A stretch of DNA of 19,754 nt from an uncultured bacterium (GTDB lineage: Bacteria > Macinerneyibacteriota > Macinerneyibacteria > Macinerneyibacteriales > DSCS01), in the NCBI GenBank assembly GCA_964548195.1, contig CAZJQC010000006.1, forward strand, positions 1-19,754. The letters are read 5' to 3'. The notes under the pieces were generated by a model that ran no database searches, was not told the DNA's origin, and worked only from the letters and a program-made list of their open reading frames with translations. A program made the translations under genes and the position numbers. Shown here in pieces: positions 15,654 through 19,754 of this stretch; position 1 is the stretch's first letter; every line of letters begins with the position of its first letter.

Positions 15654-16394
15654 ATGAATCTGATGGTCGATGTGGGTAACTCCATGGTCAAATTCGCCGT
15701 ATTCAACGGCGACAAGGTGGAAAATTACAACACATACCCAACCAGAGAGCTTATGACCGACCCCGAACAGGTGTCACGTTCCAGCCTCTTCAAGGGGCTG
15801 AATGCGGATTACGCATTGCTGTCATCAGTCGTTCCCGAGGCAAACGGCATAGTCAGATGCATAATAAAAAACGCCGTGAACAAGAGGGTATTTGCCATGA
15901 ACGACCTTAAAATGGACATGAAGATCTCATATAAGGGGCTGTTGGGCGAAGACAGGATCGCCGGTGCCTACGCGGCGAAACGGCTTTACGGCACGCCGGT
16001 AGTGGTGGCCGATGTCGGAACGGCTCTTACGTTCTCGCTCGTGGATGATGCGGGGGTGTTCAAGGGCGGAATGATCTCGCTTGGCCCCTATTCCCTGCTG
16101 AAATCGCTTTCGGAGCGCACCGCTCAGCTGGAGATGTTCGATCTGGAGATACCCGGCAGGAATGTTGGCAAGAACACCGAAGAGTCCGTCAACTCGGGCG
16201 TCTTCTGGACCGTGCTGGGCGCTATTGAAAATTGCGTCAAGCGCATAGAGGAGTCTCAGGGCGGGCCCTGCAAACTGGTATTGACCGGCGGATACGCGGT
16301 GTTTTTTGCGGAATTTGTAAAGCATGAACTGGAAATAGACCCTCTTCTCATATTAAGAGGACTGAACATACTCGTGGAAGAAAACATTCACTGA
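15654..16394 (+). CDS. coaX: Type III pantothenate kinase
   Basis: VDVGNSMVK, LSSVVP, LGEDRI, VVADVGTALT, GKNTEESVNSG, LTGG and LILRGL. Confidence 0.92.
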   Translation: MNLMVDVGNSMVKFAVFNGDKVENYNTYPTRELMTDPEQVSRSSLFKGLNADYALLSSVVPEANGIVRCIIKNAVNKRVFAMNDLKMDMKISYKGLLGEDRIAGAYAAKRLYGTPVVVADVGTALTFSLVDDAGVFKGGMISLGPYSLLKSLSERTAQLEMFDLEIPGRNVGKNTEESVNSGVFWTVLGAIENCVKRIEESQGGPCKLVLTGGYAVFFAEFVKHELEIDPLLILRGLNILVEENIH

Positions 16395-16411
16395 CAATCG
16401 CGGAGGTAAAA

Positions 16412-16795
16412 ATGGACAATATTGAGAAAATGGAGACATTTCTGGGGGAGACCTGTTCCATAGACGGGACTCTGAACGTGGAGCATAGCATCACTATTTC
16501 CGGGAGATTCACCGGCAGCATAAAAGCGGGTGGAAAAGTCATCATCTCAGCCACAGGTATTGTGGAGGCCGATGTGGAGGCTCAGGAACTTGTCACCGCA
16601 GGCAGGATAAAAGGCAACGTCAAAGCCGTAAAACGCACTGTGATACATCCCACCGGCAGAATAGACGGCAAACTCATAACCGGCAAACTGTTACTTGAAG
16701 AAGGCGGCACAATAAACGGAGACGTGGACATGGGCGCCGCTCACGGAGCGAAAGACCAGGATGTAAAAGAAACGCCTAAAAATGAGACCGAGTGA
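16412..16795 (+). CDS. Bactofilin (polymer-forming cytoskeletal protein, CcmA/BacA family)
   Basis: RBS GGAGGT. Beta-helical repeats TFLGETCSIDGTL...ITISGRFTGSI...GIVEADV...GRIKGNV...GRIDGKL...LEEGGTINGDV. Confidence 0.92.
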   Translation: MDNIEKMETFLGETCSIDGTLNVEHSITISGRFTGSIKAGGKVIISATGIVEADVEAQELVTAGRIKGNVKAVKRTVIHPTGRIDGKLITGKLLLEEGGTINGDVDMGAAHGAKDQDVKETPKNETE

Positions 16796-17927
16796 CATAA
16801 TACGGAGATCACTGGCCGCTTTTTTTGTTTTCGCATTTTTCTCTGCTGCCGCGGAGCCTTCGGAACGGCTGCAGCCGCCGCTGGTGTTTTCGGACAACAG
16901 ATTGATATTAAACTACACGGACTCGTCGGGGTCGGATATCAGGGCATATCATCACGGCGTCGAGCTTGACGGCGGAGAATGCGGCGGGAAAGCCTGTTTC
17001 ATACTTCCGGACATAGTATTTGTGGATCCGGACCGTTGCATCAGCATCAGGATATCCGACGGCAGCGGCGATTATGACGCCAGGATACCGTTTTTCGGCA
17101 CGGCGCCTGTGAAGGTGTTTATTCCCTTTCCCGAGATAGAAAAGGGACGCGCTGTCCCCGTGATAATAGAATCGGAACAGGACAGGGCTCTGCTGCGCGT
17201 CATTTCCGACGGAGTCCCTAAAAAGTTGTTTGCTTCGCCCGGAGGGGCGGCTTTTTTTTATATTGTGCACCCCGTCAATGAGGCTGACGCCACGCATGAG
17301 CTGACTATCGCCCGCGAGGGCGCCGTTCCGGCGGACGCGGTCTTTCATTATAAGGTCACGGGCCATTATCCCCGCGAGCGTATCGACCTGCCTGCCGCTC
17401 CCTCTGAAAGTCATGAGATGCGGGAATTGAAGGCCCTGCTTCTCCGCACGGAAAACAAAAAGATCAAGATGGCAGTGACGGATGACGGCACGGGGGCTCT
17501 TTCATGGGACGGTTCATTTATCATGCCTCTGAGCGGACGGGTCACATCGGCCTTCGGGACGGTCAGGTCTTACAACGGAAACGGGTACAGGGATTATCAT
17601 AAAGGCACTGATATCGGGGGCAATCCGCCGGGCGTTCCCGTCATGGCCTCAGCTCCCGGCACGGTCGTCTGCGCCGAGGAGATGTACTCCCGCGGCGGGA
17701 CTGTGGTCATCGACCATGGCGCCGGTATAAAGACGCTCTATTACCACATGTCCGCTCTTTGCGTGAGGGCCGGGGATGAGGTTGAGGCCGGGGTGACAAT
17801 AGGGGCGGTCGGCAGCACGGGTTTTTCGACAGGGCCGCATCTTCACTGGGAATTAAGGGTGGACGGCATACCAGTCTCGCCGGAAGAGGCTTTGAACGGA
17901 CTGTTTAAGGTATTGTTCAGAATCTGA
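16782..17927 (+). CDS. Secreted M23 peptidase with beta-rich N-terminal region
   Basis: Signal peptide (LAAFFVFAFFSAAA), GRVTSAFG, YHKGTD, VVIDHG, YYHM and STGPHLHWE. Overlaps the bactofilin gene by 14 nt. Confidence 0.88.
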   Translation: MRPSDIIRRSLAAFFVFAFFSAAAEPSERLQPPLVFSDNRLILNYTDSSGSDIRAYHHGVELDGGECGGKACFILPDIVFVDPDRCISIRISDGSGDYDARIPFFGTAPVKVFIPFPEIEKGRAVPVIIESEQDRALLRVISDGVPKKLFASPGGAAFFYIVHPVNEADATHELTIAREGAVPADAVFHYKVTGHYPRERIDLPAAPSESHEMRELKALLLRTENKKIKMAVTDDGTGALSWDGSFIMPLSGRVTSAFGTVRSYNGNGYRDYHKGTDIGGNPPGVPVMASAPGTVVCAEEMYSRGGTVVIDHGAGIKTLYYHMSALCVRAGDEVEAGVTIGAVGSTGFSTGPHLHWELRVDGIPVSPEEALNGLFKVLFRI

Positions 17928-18264
17928 TATTGAAATATTTCAGCAGTGATATCATGAAATAATAGGCTATTATCGTAACGGTTGCCGCGAGCGTGACGGC
18001 GGGGGCGAACGTCATTTTCTTCAAAAAAGAAGGCAGCGTTATGAAGAAGAGAAGGGACGGAAGCACGAGCCAGAATATCGAGAGCGAAAGAGATTGTATT
18101 TTCGCGGTGTCTTTTGTCTCGGTGTATAGCCATATTATGGCCAGCAATGAGGTCAGCGGCAATGACGCTATGAGTCCGCCTATGAGAGAACTCCTTTTGG
18201 CCACTTCGGATACGGCCACTATTATCGCCGCCGATATAACGGTTTTTATGATATACAGCAACAT
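17917..18264 (-). CDS. DUF3147-family small membrane protein
   Basis: 115 aa with 4 hydrophobic segments and the IIVAVSEVAKRS..GGLIASLPLTSLLAIIWLY pattern. Confidence 0.85.
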   Translation of the reverse strand: MLLYIIKTVISAAIIVAVSEVAKRSSLIGGLIASLPLTSLLAIIWLYTETKDTAKIQSLSLSIFWLVLPSLLFFITLPSFLKKMTFAPAVTLAATVTIIAYYFMISLLKYFNIRF

Positions 18265-18279
18265 ATGTGTTCCCTTCGT

Positions 18280-19224
18280 TCAGAAAATAAGTTCCGTTAC
18301 ATAATACCACAGCGGTATGGTAGCCATGGATATGATGGTAGACAAGGTTATGATGGCAGCCTGCACATGTTTGTCCAGGTCAGTGTGTTCGGCGAAAAAC
18401 GGAGCCATCGCCGCCGTCGGCATCACCGCTTCCATCAATATGACCTTTTTGGTGATGATGTCCATGGGGAACACGGCCGATATTATGCAGCATGTGGCGA
18501 GTCCGAGCGCGTATCCCAATATGAGTCTGTGGGCGCATGAGAGCAGCACGGTCCCGAGTCTTGAGACGTCCAGCTTCAGCTTAAAGGAGAGTCCGATGGT
18601 GAATAGTATCATCGGTATCGTAATGCCGGCGAACTTGTCGATAAAACCTGTCGCAAGCGCGGGCAGGCTTATACCGGACAGATTGGCGGACAGGCCCAGC
18701 ACAGCCGATATTATGGGTATGGACGCATTGGCCAGAAGCAGACGCGCGATCTCTTTGCGCGAGGCGTTTTCCCGGCGGTTGCGCAGATATATGAGCCAGA
18801 ATCCGAAGAGCAGGAAAATCGGCCAGAAGAAAAGCGTGAAAAAGACAGATCTTGAGAACCCGCTGTCTCCGTAAAAATAGAACATCACGCCCCACCCCAG
18901 ATAGCCGTAATTGCCCACAAAAGTGGAAAATATATAGGCGTTCTTTTCCGAAGCCCCTCTGCCTGTGAATCTTGAGAAGAAGACTGCTGTAAGCGAGAAG
19001 AGCAGGGTAAGCAGGGCCATTGCCGTCACCGAGGGCATGATCTGATTCAGGCTTTCCATATTGGCGGTGAAGAGGTTCCTGAATACGATGAAGGGGACCG
19101 TGACTTTGACGACAAAACGCCTGAGCACTTCCGTGTCATGCTCGGCGAAGACGCCCAGGATCTTGAAGAGAAATCCAAGCCCCACCGGCAGCATGATCGC
19201 GATAATTACGTTAAGGATATCCAT
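18280..19224 (-). CDS. AEC (auxin efflux carrier/malate permease)-family transporter
   Basis: 314 aa, about 10 TM. FVVKVTVPFIVF, GNYGYLG, TIPMILFTIG, EAVMPTA and LSTIISMATIP. GGAGGA RBS. Confidence 0.9.
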   Translation of the reverse strand: MDILNVIIAIMLPVGLGFLFKILGVFAEHDTEVLRRFVVKVTVPFIVFRNLFTANMESLNQIMPSVTAMALLTLLFSLTAVFFSRFTGRGASEKNAYIFSTFVGNYGYLGWGVMFYFYGDSGFSRSVFFTLFFWPIFLLFGFWLIYLRNRRENASRKEIARLLLANASIPIISAVLGLSANLSGISLPALATGFIDKFAGITIPMILFTIGLSFKLKLDVSRLGTVLLSCAHRLILGYALGLATCCIISAVFPMDIITKKVILMEAVMPTAAMAPFFAEHTDLDKHVQAAIITLSTIISMATIPLWYYVTELIF

Positions 19225-19241
19225 ATCTCCTCCATTCCTGG

Positions 19242-19277
19242 AGTATATAGCAGCATGGCGCTATTTCAACATGAAAT
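19242..19277 (-). promoter_or_regulatory. Putative promoter for the AEC gene with an inverted repeat over the -35
   Basis: Minus strand TTGAAA (19269-19264), 16 nt, TATACT (19247-19242). Inverted repeat ATTTCA-ACA-TGAAAT at 19263-19277. Confidence 0.45.
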
Positions 19278-19338
19278 TAACAAGTGCTGTCTTGAACAGA
19301 GTGAATATTTATAGTAGTATAGCTTTGAGGAATTTATT

Positions 19339-19754
19339 ATGGCGACGACAGATGAAATAATAAAAAAATGGACGGCTTCACGCAGGGCCGGGAATAAGCT
19401 TCTGGCCGGCAGCATGGACTATATCCTGAACGCCCGCTCCAAACACATACGCTCGCAACTCGCTTTTCAGCTCGGGTCGGACCTTTCCGCGGATACTGGG
19501 AGTGACGCATTTGAGGCGTTGATCGTCTCGGTCGAACTGATGCACTCTGCCTCACTGATCATTGACGACCTGCCCGCCATGGACAATGCCGACATGCGGC
19601 GGGGCAAGAAGGCTCATCATATGGTTTTCGGGGAGGGCTCTACCATACTCACTGCAATGGATATGGTCGCTTCGGCCTTTGAAACGGTCTCTTTCTCACC
19701 CGCCCTTACTCAGGGGCTTGCCGATGCGCTGCACGACCTTTGCGCGGGGCAGTA
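19339..19754 (+). CDS. Short-chain polyprenyl diphosphate synthase (IspA/CrtE family), 3' end beyond the window
   Basis: Not in the ORF track. Manual translation from ATG 19339 (GAGG upstream): MATTDEIIKKW...VELMHSASLIIDDLPAMDNADMRRGK...HMVFGE...LCAGQ. It contains the FARM DDxxxxD, RRG and GQ motifs, with no stop. Confidence 0.9.
   Translation, partial: MATTDEIIKKWTASRRAGNKLLAGSMDYILNARSKHIRSQLAFQLGSDLSADTGSDAFEALIVSVELMHSASLIIDDLPAMDNADMRRGKKAHHMVFGEGSTILTAMDMVASAFETVSFSPALTQGLADALHDLCAGQ

Noticed and set aside
1..19754. CRISPR arrays, IS elements, integrases, tRNA/rRNA and defence genes
   Set aside because: No regularly spaced repeats, transposase or integrase motifs, or RNA-gene signatures were seen. 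Nearly all of the sequence is accounted for by intact CDSs.

Overview
Gene-dense chromosomal window (about 50% GC by eye) from a probably anaerobic, amino-acid-fermenting bacterium. I see no mobile element, CRISPR array, rRNA or tRNA. Left to right: partial Ldh_2-family dehydrogenase (-), tex, membrane-anchored M23 peptidase, stand-alone arginine deiminase overlapping a secreted glutaminyl-cyclase-like M28 enzyme, and a thioredoxin reductase (-). Next is a tightly packed + strand run: four uncharacterised membrane proteins, a TPR lipoprotein, pgi, DUF2007, OsmC-like and TtcA-like. It is followed by pyrE-coaX-bactofilin-M23, DUF3147 and an AEC transporter (-), and a partial polyprenyl synthase. 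The best candidate for an undescribed system is the four-gene membrane module at 7579-10903. By eye it looks like two related halves (A+B and C+D) predicted to sit in the membrane in opposite orientations, the inverted-topology design typical of secondary transporters. It has its own promoter with overlapping inverted repeats and an adjacent TPR lipoprotein. All family calls are by motif recognition; no searches were run.
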